Assembly: GCA_002433895.1 (NCBI GenBank)
Contig: DJJA01000003.1
Span: 107,185 to 171,184 of the forward strand
From: Candidatus Gottesmanbacteria bacterium UBA6580
GTDB taxonomy: Bacteria; Patescibacteriota; Microgenomatia; UBA10105; UBA927
Direction of reading: 5' to 3'
Length of the DNA: 64,000 nucleotides
The notes under the pieces are model-generated. The model was not told the origin of the DNA and did no database searches. It saw only the letters and a program-made list of their open reading frames with translations. This document shows positions 1 to 9,582 of the stretch, one piece after another; the stretch's first letter is position 1, and each line of letters starts with the position of its first letter. The translations under genes and the position numbers were made by a program.

Positions 1-1
1 A

Positions 2-151
2 AATAGAAAAACAAATACGACAATAATTATTTCCCAAAACACTGAAGAGGTTCGGCGTACCTGTACACGGATGATAATTCTTTATCATGGAAAAATAGTG
101 TATGACGGAAAACCCATACAGAACAATAAAATTAACACTTATTATGCATAA
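2..151 (+). CDS. ABC transporter ATP-binding protein, C-terminal fragment (gene starts before window)
   Basis: Frame from nt 2 reads NRKTNTTIIISQNTEEVRRTCTRMIILYHGKIVYDG...YA*, typical ABC ATPase end; overlaps permease ATG at 144. Confidence 0.7.
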   Translation, partial: NRKTNTTIIISQNTEEVRRTCTRMIILYHGKIVYDGKPIQNNKINTYYA

Positions 152-938
152 CAGCTCAATACGAAGAATTCGCGGTTTATATCTTCATTATCTGTATTCC
201 ATAAAGCGAAATCCTGCCCGCGTTATCGAAATGTTTGTATGGCCCGCATTTGAAATTATGCTCTTTGGTTTCCTCGCTGCAAGCGGGAAAAATATGCCGA
301 CAGAAGCGGCTGTTATTAGCGTTACTATTCTTACCGGCATTGTGTATTGGAACTGCACCGCTCGAGTCATTCAGGAGGCGGTTGCTCAGTTTACCGATGA
401 CTTTGTATCGAAAAATATACAAGGAATACTTGTGGCGCCCATAAGTATTGGAGAGTTGCTCATCGGAATTACCGCAGCATCCCTAACCAAGATAGCCATC
501 TCCCTTACAGTGCTCGGTGGCGTGCTCGTGCTTATATACCCATCGTTCTTTTCTTCGCTGGGGGCACACGCGTTGCTTTGGGTTTTTCAACTCGAACTCG
601 TGGGTGTGGCGTTTTCATACGTTGCGCTATCGGTTGTTTTCTTATTCGGCGAGCGTGTCAGTTTTTCGGGGTGGATAATAAGCACAGTCCTGCAAATTTT
701 CTCGTTGGTTTTTTATGAACGCTCGGCGCTTCCGGGCCTGTTGCATACCGTTTCCTACGCGGTGCCTTCTTCGTACATATTCGAATCGATCCGCGCTTAC
801 CAGTATGGCTCACCGTTGGTAACGAACAGCCACACAATCGCGCTTGCGTTAAGCTTCGCCTATATGATGATAGGCTTTGGCCTTGTTACAATTTCTTATA
901 ATTGGGCAAGAAAAATAGGAACAATTATCAAATCATGA
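144..938 (+). CDS. ABC-2 type transporter permease
   Basis: About six hydrophobic segments, 'P.SYIFESIR' near C-terminus; start moved to ATG 144, which overlaps the ATPase end. Confidence 0.75.
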   Translation: MHNSSIRRIRGLYLHYLYSIKRNPARVIEMFVWPAFEIMLFGFLAASGKNMPTEAAVISVTILTGIVYWNCTARVIQEAVAQFTDDFVSKNIQGILVAPISIGELLIGITAASLTKIAISLTVLGGVLVLIYPSFFSSLGAHALLWVFQLELVGVAFSYVALSVVFLFGERVSFSGWIISTVLQIFSLVFYERSALPGLLHTVSYAVPSSYIFESIRAYQYGSPLVTNSHTIALALSFAYMMIGFGLVTISYNWARKIGTIIKS

Positions 939-2119
939 ATACCATACCGTTTGATTTTCATGTGCTTCATACGGAGAGCGTCTATTCAAGAGGAGGGGAA
1001 AAGTATCTCTATGAGTTGCTGCTCCGCATTGCCAAAACACAGCGGGTACATTTGTATTTACATGCGATAAGCCCCAAATGGAGGCGTCTGTATAAACAGG
1101 CGAATATATCAGTAACCCAACTTTGGAAACCGCCCCGGCTATTTTGGCTACTCCTTCCTCTCACCCTACTCACCAACTTTCTTCAACTAAAACAAATTTT
1201 AAAACGGGATAGCGTCGTATTTGCTACAAATTTTCCGATGAACTTTCTTGCGGTGCTTCTATCAAAACGGACCATTTGTCATTGTTTTGAACCTCTCGCG
1301 ATTTTCTACGACCCCGTTCGCGTGGCTTCCTTGTCAAAATTTTCACAGCTGTGTGTGGCTGTCGCAAAGCTGCTTTACGCGCCGCTTGATATATGGGCGT
1401 ACAACACCGCAACGATTCTTACGGCTCTCGCTCCGTCTGTTGTGCCTTATATATTAGAAACATACCGAAGAAACCCTGATATTTTCCTCCCCAATGGGGT
1501 AGACACTCGCTTTTTTTCCCCAAAACAACAAAAAAAGAAGGGCCAAATAACCGTCTTAACCATTGGGCATAGCACTGACTACACTATATTTAAGGGAACG
1601 GAAAATTTTTTAGCCATCCTTGTGTCCTTTTCGCGAGCAAATATTCCGTTCGTCGCACATATTTCCGAAAGTATCGCTGACCCTCAAATAAAAAAACAGT
1701 ATCTCTCGTACACTCAGAGACACCACATACATCATCAGGTTCGTTTTATGGGTAACATTGACGAATCTCATCTGGCAGACTATTATCGATCGCTCGATGT
1801 ATTTGTTTACACAGGATCTGTGGTAAGTGCAGGCGGATCAACGGCAAGCCTTTCGGTGTTGGAAGCACAGGCGTGTGGCACGCCCGTTATCCGGAGCATG
1901 GGTGATGATCAGGAAATATGGGAGGGGAAGACGGGGTTTTATATCAATCCACGGAACCACCGGAGGGCGAGCAAAGTAATAGAAAAATTTTTCCGTCTTT
2001 CCGCAAAAGAGAAGAGTGCGATGAGGCGTGCGGCGCGTGAATATGTATGTGCGCGGTTTAGTTGGGACTCGACCAGCAAAGTACTACTGGAAACGGCGAA
2101 AAATCTATATACTCTATGA
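935..2119 (+). CDS. GT4-family glycosyltransferase
   Basis: GGEKY, PNGVDTRFF, LSVLEAQACGTPVI motifs; ATGA overlap with previous gene. Confidence 0.85.
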   Translation: MNTIPFDFHVLHTESVYSRGGEKYLYELLLRIAKTQRVHLYLHAISPKWRRLYKQANISVTQLWKPPRLFWLLLPLTLLTNFLQLKQILKRDSVVFATNFPMNFLAVLLSKRTICHCFEPLAIFYDPVRVASLSKFSQLCVAVAKLLYAPLDIWAYNTATILTALAPSVVPYILETYRRNPDIFLPNGVDTRFFSPKQQKKKGQITVLTIGHSTDYTIFKGTENFLAILVSFSRANIPFVAHISESIADPQIKKQYLSYTQRHHIHHQVRFMGNIDESHLADYYRSLDVFVYTGSVVSAGGSTASLSVLEAQACGTPVIRSMGDDQEIWEGKTGFYINPRNHRRASKVIEKFFRLSAKEKSAMRRAAREYVCARFSWDSTSKVLLETAKNLYTL

Positions 2120-2904
2120 AAATTAACAAATCACTACCCCAGACTTTTTCTTTAACCGCGCCTTTTTACGATCTTATCTATCAACACAGGAATGTCGGTA
2201 AAGAGGTTCGCTTCATCATAAAACACATACACCAACGCCTTCCTCATACCCAAAGACTTTCGCTTTTGGATATAGGGTCGGGAACGGGAACGCACGCAAT
2301 TTTATTCGGAAAACAAGGCTTTGACGTAACAGGGGTAGACCGGTCAGCAGAAATGGTTACCATAGCCAACCATAAATCACTATCCCAAAAAGCCGGGGCC
2401 CGCTTCATACACAAAGATTTTTTAACATTTACATCTTCCACGAAGTACCACGTGGTTGCCTCGTTATTTGACGTCGTCAGCTACATGACAACAAACAATG
2501 ATGTACGCTCCTTTTTTACTAACGCATCGACTTTATTACAGAATAATGGTTTATTGATATTTGACTGCTGGTACGGCCCGGGAGTCTTGCTTTCGCGCCC
2601 AAAAGTAATGCATCAGCGCTACCGCAATGAAAAATTTACCGTGCATAGGAAAAAAACACCCACTATTTCTTACCAAACAAACACTGTTTCAGTTCTTCAT
2701 CAACTTACCGTGCTTGATAAGCTTCGTGAGCGCAAATCGTTTAAAGAAACACACGTTATGCGGTACTTTTTTTATCCTGAGCTGGAAGGCTATCTGCAGC
2801 TTGCGGGTCTAAAAATTATTGAGTGGGGGGTCATCGGCTTTCCGCTCAGGGTTCCTAAAAACCCCCCGTGGAGTATCTATATTGTCGCACAAAAAACGCG
2901 TTAA
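2116..2904 (+). CDS. Class I SAM-dependent methyltransferase
   Basis: LLDIGSGTG motif I, GVDRSAEM, GLLIFD; ATGA overlap. Confidence 0.85.
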   Translation: MKINKSLPQTFSLTAPFYDLIYQHRNVGKEVRFIIKHIHQRLPHTQRLSLLDIGSGTGTHAILFGKQGFDVTGVDRSAEMVTIANHKSLSQKAGARFIHKDFLTFTSSTKYHVVASLFDVVSYMTTNNDVRSFFTNASTLLQNNGLLIFDCWYGPGVLLSRPKVMHQRYRNEKFTVHRKKTPTISYQTNTVSVLHQLTVLDKLRERKSFKETHVMRYFFYPELEGYLQLAGLKIIEWGVIGFPLRVPKNPPWSIYIVAQKTR

Positions 2905-3722
2905 CGGTCTGGAGACACCGACATAATATTTATTTCCACGGCGGTGCCTGCGAACTGAATCCGTGTTTTGTTACCAACACTAATAGGTTGGTAATAATTA
3001 AAATACCGCGAGTCTCCATCTTTCATAACCCGCATCTTCATTGTAAGCGTCACGTCACGAAGCAGCGGATTTTTCCTCGAAAGCGCCTCTCCTTGCCAGG
3101 TGGTGGTCATGACATCTGACAACTCGGTCTTCTTGTTGGTTATCTCCACCACGAGGTCTCCCTTGTTGTCGGTGATTTTTTCTCCGACCTGTATGATGTC
3201 TGCTTCCCAGGGATGAATTTGTATTGCTTTGCCGGTTACTTCCACATATTCGGTATTCCACATGGTGCCAACACCATCTATCCCAACGATTTGCCCAACC
3301 AGAGCAACGTTGTTTGGCGCGATATGAAGAACTTTCCCGATTTGCAAAGATTCCTGGCGAAAAATAAACTGCCTTGTTAGATAATTTCGTTTCGCACGAA
3401 GACGCACCTTCATCCACATAAAGCGCCGGTCGTCTTCACCATATTTAACAACATCAAGAACTTCAACCGCTGGCTTGTTCAGTGCGTCGTATTCGATTGA
3501 TCCTGCAACAACGTCTCTCGCGTTCCAATAATAAGGAGGGGGGACGCCCCACCACCACTCTCCGCCGGAAGCCAACAGCTCAACGGTGACAAGTGTGTCT
3601 TTTTGCATAACTAGCTTTACCACAACACCAATAGAAGCAAGAATAGTTATCACACAAACAATCACAACAATGTCAATGCGGGTAATAAATGAAGAGGGTT
3701 TTTTGCTTGCTGCCGATTTCAT
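2901..3722 (-). CDS. Membrane-anchored hypothetical protein (DUF4330-like, two repeated beta domains)
   Basis: N-terminal TM after RIDIVV; internal repeat (LQIGKVLHI / ISVGNKTRI). Confidence 0.5.
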   Translation of the reverse strand: MKSAASKKPSSFITRIDIVVIVCVITILASIGVVVKLVMQKDTLVTVELLASGGEWWWGVPPPYYWNARDVVAGSIEYDALNKPAVEVLDVVKYGEDDRRFMWMKVRLRAKRNYLTRQFIFRQESLQIGKVLHIAPNNVALVGQIVGIDGVGTMWNTEYVEVTGKAIQIHPWEADIIQVGEKITDNKGDLVVEITNKKTELSDVMTTTWQGEALSRKNPLLRDVTLTMKMRVMKDGDSRYFNYYQPISVGNKTRIQFAGTAVEINIMSVSPDR

Positions 3723-3786
3723 GTGGTAGAGTGTAACACAACAATAGACGGCGTGTCATCGTGTGTATCAACTACACCAGGAAAGG

Positions 3787-5805
3787 CTAATAAAGCGCGT
3801 CATAAAAATCTCCGGGTGGCAACAATTCTTTATTCATAAAATCTATGCACTGTTTTCTCGCGGACTTATACGCCACACACCTTTGTAAAACCTCTTGTGC
3901 GCCGGCGTCGTCATGCATGCCATGTTGATACAACCGTGCGATTTCAACATGTATCGCTCCAAAGTCAGGTAAGACTTCTTTTGCCAATGTCCACAGTGAC
4001 AATGTTAGGTGTGGGTTGTTTTGCCAATGATATAACCCAGCAACATATAATAACGAGAGATATCTCTCTCGTAGTCTCGGTCGTTCGCGTCCATAATAGT
4101 GCCGAACAGACTCACCGATTTCTCGAGTGTAGGGGTGCAATGCGGTAATCTGATTATCTAAGTGTTTTGGTAGGGCGCGGCGCAACAATGACAAAACCCC
4201 TTTTCCTGACCGGTCAGTATCTAACGAGGCTAAATATGACAAATATTGTGTTACATATTCTATGTTTTGTGGATCAGCAAAAACTGTTTCTTTACTATAA
4301 TACCCATATGCTTCGTAATCTCCTTTGTCTTTCTTTTCTTTGCTTACCTCATAAAGCACCCTGGGAGTTTTTTTATGAAACACGCGAACAAGCCTTTCAC
4401 CAAGCGGGTGTTTGTTTTGCACGGCGCCACCCACATAAATAAGCGCTTGTGTTGTATCAAATGGGGCCAAAAAAAATGCCGCGTCGTATCGTTTCATAAA
4501 TATCCCAACACTGTTTCCTGCCACCCAAAACAAGTAATAAACACTAATAGCCACAACAGCAAGTCCGGCGCTATTATCATGCCGCCCGGCTCTTGCTTCT
4601 TTTATTGAACCAGTGATAAAACCTGTTACCGCCCAAAACAATAACCACACAACAAAATAATCAAGCACAAACTCAAAACAACTATAGATAAAAACGAGAA
4701 CAACCCCCCAAAGCAGCGATCTTCGTGTGGGGTTGCTGTACAAAAGAGTCTTGTGCCTATACCAAAAGCGGGCATGGGAAAATATTAAAAAACCAAACGC
4801 GGCAACCCCAACAAGCCCCATCTCAGCCAACACTTGAAGTGGTTGGCTGTGCGCGAACCAGGAAGACGAAAGAGGGGTGCGCTGGTGACGAAGCGATACA
4901 AGAGAAAATGTGCCGGGGCCATTGCCTAATATCGGGGAGTCAATAAAACCGTCAATTGCTTGTTGCCAATACATGATCCGAACATCCAAAGACCTCGGAC
5001 GGGTATAGAGCTCTTTGGTAGGGGCGTTTCCTCGCGAAGCAACACCTACGTAGCCCACGTAAAAAATGCCGACCGTGCCCAATAATACAATAATATGAAA
5101 GGCTTTTTTATAAAGCCCGGTTTTATAAACCGAACGAAACACAAAAAGCGCATAAAACAACACAATGAGCCATGCCGCCCGCGCCATGGTGGAAAAAAGC
5201 ATAAGAAGATAAAGAATTAATCCGCCCCAACCTGGCTTGGCGCACGCAGAAAACATCTCTAAAAGCACCAATGGAAAAACAAATACAAGAAGATCGGCCA
5301 GATGACTGTGTCCAAAATTTGCGCTCAACAGGTTCATTGAAGGTATAACCGCACGAACGCCGGGGAAAATATGATAACCCAACGACAAGGCGCCGGCAGC
5401 ATAAACCAAAGCCAAAAGACAACGGGAAAAAAATCTCTCGTTTGCGGTGGGAGCCACATCAACAAACAGCCTATACACGACGTACCCGGACAACAACCGC
5501 ACTATCCACGAAAACGAATACCCAACACTAATAGACGTGACCATTGAAATTATGGCCACCACAATAAGCAGTGCCCACGAATAAAATATTTGCCGTGGGA
5601 GGGGGGCGGGCTTGGATTTATTATATATAACACGAAACGCCCACAATATAAGCGTTGCTGCGACGCCGTACACCTCCACGAGGCCCTGTTTTCCGTCGCC
5701 CAGAAGTAACCCTAAAAAAACTAAGAAAAAAAACAGTGCGGCTATCAACTCAGACCTCTGCGCTGTGCTAACTCGCGTCAAAACACGATGAAACAATAGC
5801 TTCAT
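3787..5805 (-). CDS. O-antigen ligase-like (Wzy_C) membrane protein with helical C-terminal region
   Basis: Many TMs; VRIMYWQQA...PILGNGPGTF...AHSQPLQVLAEMGLVG motif. Confidence 0.8.
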   Translation of the reverse strand: MKLLFHRVLTRVSTAQRSELIAALFFFLVFLGLLLGDGKQGLVEVYGVAATLILWAFRVIYNKSKPAPLPRQIFYSWALLIVVAIISMVTSISVGYSFSWIVRLLSGYVVYRLFVDVAPTANERFFSRCLLALVYAAGALSLGYHIFPGVRAVIPSMNLLSANFGHSHLADLLVFVFPLVLLEMFSACAKPGWGGLILYLLMLFSTMARAAWLIVLFYALFVFRSVYKTGLYKKAFHIIVLLGTVGIFYVGYVGVASRGNAPTKELYTRPRSLDVRIMYWQQAIDGFIDSPILGNGPGTFSLVSLRHQRTPLSSSWFAHSQPLQVLAEMGLVGVAAFGFLIFSHARFWYRHKTLLYSNPTRRSLLWGVVLVFIYSCFEFVLDYFVVWLLFWAVTGFITGSIKEARAGRHDNSAGLAVVAISVYYLFWVAGNSVGIFMKRYDAAFFLAPFDTTQALIYVGGAVQNKHPLGERLVRVFHKKTPRVLYEVSKEKKDKGDYEAYGYYSKETVFADPQNIEYVTQYLSYLASLDTDRSGKGVLSLLRRALPKHLDNQITALHPYTREIGESVRHYYGRERPRLRERYLSLLYVAGLYHWQNNPHLTLSLWTLAKEVLPDFGAIHVEIARLYQHGMHDDAGAQEVLQRCVAYKSARKQCIDFMNKELLPPGDFYDALY

Positions 5806-5846
5806 TTACTTCACTATAGCACACAAAACACAGCCGCCTCGACCGC

Positions 5847-5893
5847 TTGACAAGCTGAGGCTGGTTGTTTAGTATGTGGACAACTTATCCACA
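5847..5893 (+). promoter_or_regulatory. dnaA sigma70 promoter overlapped by a back-to-back DnaA-box pair
   Basis: TTGACA 5847-5852, 17-nt spacer, TAGTAT 5870-5875; TGTGGACAA 5875-5883 and TTATCCACA 5885-5893. Confidence 0.8.
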
Positions 5894-5915
5894 GACTGCT
5901 CTTTACCTCATAAAT

Positions 5916-7283
5916 ATGGATTTAAATCGACTATGGAAATCGGTGTTGGCAGAAATTGAGCTTTCCGTCTCAAAGGCCACGTATCACACACACTTCGCCC
6001 ACTCAGAGCTTATCAGTCTTGATGGGGAGGTTGCTTCTGTTGGGTTTCCCAGCCCGATAATGCGCACGCTTGCGGAAACACGGTATTACAGCTTAATTAA
6101 AAGTGTTATTGACCACAAAACAGGAGGAAACACCAGTTTGGTGTTTATGGTGTTACCAAAGAAAGAAACAGGGGGAGGGGACCCCGGACCGCTCTTTACC
6201 CAAACCATAGACACCGAACTAAACACACTAAACCGCGCGAGAAAACTACACATCAATCCTGACCTTACGTTTGATAATTATGCGGTATCCACCACAAACC
6301 AACTTGCCTACGCCGCGGCAACGGCGGTTTCAAAAACCATAGGGAGCGCGTACAATCCATTGTTTTTATACGGCGGGGTTGGGGTTGGAAAAACCCACCT
6401 TATGTATGCGATAGCTAACCACCTGCTTGTCGCTAAACCATCCCTAAAGGTTGTTTACTGCATGGGAGAGGAGTTTTTAAACGAGATTATTGAAGCAATC
6501 CAGACAAAAACAGCGCGTCAATTCAAACAAAAATATAGAGGGGCCGAGCTTCTCATGGTTGACGATGTACAGTTTATCGCCGGCAAACAAACTGCCCAAG
6601 AGGAGTTTTTCCACACGTTTAACGCGGTGTTGCGGGAAGGGGGACAAATACTTCTCACGAGCGATCGGCCGCCCCACGAGATAGCCAGACTTGAAGACCG
6701 GTTGCGGAGCAGGTTTGAGGGTGGGTTAATCGTAGACATTTCTCCACCCGATTTTGAACTTCGCGCGGCTATAGTAAACATAAAAGCAAAAGCGCTTGGA
6801 TTAACCATACCCAGCGACTGCGCGCAGCTGGTTGCAGCAAACGTTGTCGACGCGCGGGCGATAGAAGGGTTTTTACGGAGATTAACGACTGAGCTTGCCA
6901 CGAAACCACAACCAATTACACCAGACCTAATCTCTTCACTTCTTAACACAAAAGTAACCATAAACAATCAGGGTAAAAACGCTCGGCGGGTAACTCCACA
7001 AGAGCTATTGGAGGCGGTTGCAGCGTACTACGACATAAAACCAACACTTCTTAAAGGAGCAAAAAGGGACCGCCCGATCGCAAGACCCAGACAGGTATAT
7101 ATGTACTTATCAAAAATAGAGCTTGGTATGACCTACGATGACATAGGCGGGACACTCAGTGGCAGAGACCACACCACCGTTATGCACGGGGTAGAGACTA
7201 TTACCCAGGAACTGTCCACTAATGAGTCTTTGCGCGCCGCGTTAACGGGGATAAAACAAAAGCTATGGGCCCCCTCATCATGA
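5916..7283 (+). CDS. dnaA: Chromosomal replication initiator DnaA
   Basis: YNPLFLYGGVGVGKTHL, DDVQF, QEEFFHTFN, RLRSRF, GRDHTTVMH; start set at ATG 5916 downstream of promoter. Confidence 0.98.
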   Translation: MDLNRLWKSVLAEIELSVSKATYHTHFAHSELISLDGEVASVGFPSPIMRTLAETRYYSLIKSVIDHKTGGNTSLVFMVLPKKETGGGDPGPLFTQTIDTELNTLNRARKLHINPDLTFDNYAVSTTNQLAYAAATAVSKTIGSAYNPLFLYGGVGVGKTHLMYAIANHLLVAKPSLKVVYCMGEEFLNEIIEAIQTKTARQFKQKYRGAELLMVDDVQFIAGKQTAQEEFFHTFNAVLREGGQILLTSDRPPHEIARLEDRLRSRFEGGLIVDISPPDFELRAAIVNIKAKALGLTIPSDCAQLVAANVVDARAIEGFLRRLTTELATKPQPITPDLISSLLNTKVTINNQGKNARRVTPQELLEAVAAYYDIKPTLLKGAKRDRPIARPRQVYMYLSKIELGMTYDDIGGTLSGRDHTTVMHGVETITQELSTNESLRAALTGIKQKLWAPSS

Positions 7284-7464
7284 TGTTTCCCACTTATCCA
7301 CATTTATCCGTAAATTATCCACATAGTATTCCACTTTTCCGCGCTCGTTTTCTTCCTAGTTATCCTCATTTTGTTTTATCGGTTTGTCTTGTTGTTGACA
7401 CACAAACTGAAAAAACATACACTTTTCCACGCGTAATTCTTATTACTACTTCTTTTATATCTAT
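7284..7464. other. Probable oriC (dnaA-dnaN intergenic region)
   Basis: TTATCCACA at 7294-7302 and 7315-7323; degenerate boxes 7304-7312, 7360-7368, 7423-7431; then trio-like TATTACTACTTC and an AT-rich tract. Confidence 0.85.
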
Positions 7465-8571
7465 ATGAATATTAAACTCCTTCAAGAAAACATACTGCGG
7501 GCATTAACACATATAACCCGCGTTGTACCGTCAAAGCCCCAACTTCCTATTCTTCAAAATCTGAAGCTTACCGCGACAAAAGAAGGGCTGGAAATTACCG
7601 CAACAAACATGGAAACCACCGAAACCATTTGGGTGGGGGGGAAGGTTGAGAAAGAGGGGTCTGTTTGTGTTTCTGCAAGGGTTCTTTTTGAATTTATTGC
7701 CTCGCTTCCCGCCGACACGGTTCACCTGTCTGTTAAGGAAGAGCAGCTAAGCGTGTCAAGCGGAGGGTTTGAAGCAGAGTTGCCCACCGTATCAGCCACA
7801 GAGTTTCCCTCGTCTCCGGCGTTATTACCTAAAGAAACAGGAAGCGTTGACAAGGAAATGTTTACGAACGCTCTTTCAAGCGTGTTGTTTGCAGCCGCCA
7901 CTGATGAGGGAAGGCCGATGCTTACGGGGGTGAAAGTAATAGAAGAAGACGGAAAAACCACATTTGTCGCAACAGACGGATACAGGCTTTCATTACACAA
8001 AGTGCCGCTTCTAATTAATAAGCTTTCCGGGGCAATAATTCCGGCGAAGGCACTTGCGGAAGTTGTAAAGCTTTCCGGCGAAGACAAGGCGGAAAAGATG
8101 ATACAGGTTGGCCTTGCGGGAGAGCGTCAGGCAGGATTTGTTGTCGGAGAAACAACACTATTGACGAGGTTGCTCGATGGCGAGTATCCCGGGTTTGAAC
8201 GGATTATTCCAAAAACGTTTACCACCCGCGCGCTTATAGAAAAAGAGGGGTTGTTGCGTGCCGTTCGTTCAGCGGCGATTTTTGCCAGAGACAACGCAAA
8301 CATTATTAAATTATCGCTGGATAAACAAAAAATCATCGTCTCTGCTAACGCCGCGCAGGTGGGGAAAAACTCGGTGGAGTTGAGCGCGAAAATTGACGGC
8401 GACGGCGGGGAAATTGCGTTTAATAGCCGGTTTCTTTTAGATTTTTTGACGAATTTTCCTGATGAGGAGTTTTTGTTTGAAATGACAGGCTCGCTAAATT
8501 CTGGGGTTTTTAAACCAGTGAAGCATGATGACTATCTTCACATAATCATGCCTGTCCGGGTTACACCATAG
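7465..8571 (+). CDS. dnaN: DNA polymerase III beta clamp
   Basis: LPILQN, RPMLTGV, VATDGYRL, LLDGEYP, IAFNSRFL, IIMPVR. Confidence 0.97.
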   Translation: MNIKLLQENILRALTHITRVVPSKPQLPILQNLKLTATKEGLEITATNMETTETIWVGGKVEKEGSVCVSARVLFEFIASLPADTVHLSVKEEQLSVSSGGFEAELPTVSATEFPSSPALLPKETGSVDKEMFTNALSSVLFAAATDEGRPMLTGVKVIEEDGKTTFVATDGYRLSLHKVPLLINKLSGAIIPAKALAEVVKLSGEDKAEKMIQVGLAGERQAGFVVGETTLLTRLLDGEYPGFERIIPKTFTTRALIEKEGLLRAVRSAAIFARDNANIIKLSLDKQKIIVSANAAQVGKNSVELSAKIDGDGGEIAFNSRFLLDFLTNFPDEEFLFEMTGSLNSGVFKPVKHDDYLHIIMPVRVTP

Positions 8572-8582
8572 TGGTTTTTTTG

Positions 8583-9581
8583 TTACAACGCGGAGACGAT
8601 TGTGGTGGTGCGGAGCAACGCCGACCCCTCTGTTTCTTCTGCAGACCCCTCAAAGACAAAGACTGGGATAAGATAGTTCTGGAGCGCAGAATAGAAGTAT
8701 CCAAGTGAAACATCGGTAATTTTGATAGCGCTTGGGGCCTCTCCCGTCATAAACTTCTGGTCACCCTGTTTTGTTAAAGAGACGCTGGAAAGCACCCCTC
8801 TGTTTGCCCGCAAGCGGGACACGGCTTCACTATAGGGGACAATCGCGAGGTTTTGTTCAGTGCGTGACACATCTGGTAGTATAAAACCGAGAATTTCGGT
8901 GATGGCGCCGTCACCGTTGATGCTTGCCGAAAAAACGGGCGTGTTTGCGTCGTTTACGTAGAGAGGAATACCATCGAGCGTAACGGTATAGTTTAGACGC
9001 GTAATAACTGCCCCTTGGGGACCGGTTAATTCGGTTGGGTGGGGATCATTAAAAGACAAAAACTGTTGGCTGAGTAGCGTTGTCGTGTAAGGAGCGGGAA
9101 GCACAGAGAGCTCAGTAAGCGCGCTTTGTACTAGTGAGGAGTATGTGTTGAGATCGTTTGAAACAAACCTTCCCGACGTGCTCGCTATCTGAAACGCGAA
9201 AGAAAGCGGGTTTTCAGAGATCAGTCCTGACCTCCCGTTCTGCGAAAAACTTGCATATCTCCCTTTTGATCCGGCTATAACGTTGGGGATAGCGCTGGGA
9301 GCGTAAAGCGCAAACAAACGGGAGCGCTCAGATTCAAAGCTTCTTACGCGGGTTATTTCGTAATATGGCACGCTCGTGGGGAACGTTGCCTCTATGTCTC
9401 CGGAGTAGGTGATAAAGCCACTTGAGAGCGGCTGTGGCATAACCGATGGATTAATGGGTGAAGGGGTAATAAGTTGTGTTTGTCGGCCGCCTTGGGGCAC
9501 CGGAGATCTTTGTATGACTAGCGCCCCGATAAGTAGGAGAAGAAAAACAGTAAGCCCGATAATAATACGTTTTTTATTCAT
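8583..9581 (-). CDS. Membrane-anchored extracellular hypothetical protein, last gene of the T4SS-like operon
   Basis: Start at ATG 9581 (MNKKRIIIG + TM); C-terminal LGY...LIPVFVFEG resembles YycI-like proteins. Confidence 0.55.
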   Translation of the reverse strand: MNKKRIIIGLTVFLLLLIGALVIQRSPVPQGGRQTQLITPSPINPSVMPQPLSSGFITYSGDIEATFPTSVPYYEITRVRSFESERSRLFALYAPSAIPNVIAGSKGRYASFSQNGRSGLISENPLSFAFQIASTSGRFVSNDLNTYSSLVQSALTELSVLPAPYTTTLLSQQFLSFNDPHPTELTGPQGAVITRLNYTVTLDGIPLYVNDANTPVFSASINGDGAITEILGFILPDVSRTEQNLAIVPYSEAVSRLRANRGVLSSVSLTKQGDQKFMTGEAPSAIKITDVSLGYFYSALQNYLIPVFVFEGSAEETEGSALLRTTTIVSAL

Positions 9582-9582
9582 A

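Noticed and set aside
5865-5915. N-terminal extensions in the ORF track (dnaA, also smpB, dnaG, typA, Yip1 and some pilins)
   Set aside because: They overlap promoters or neighbouring genes and precede the conserved N-terminal motifs.
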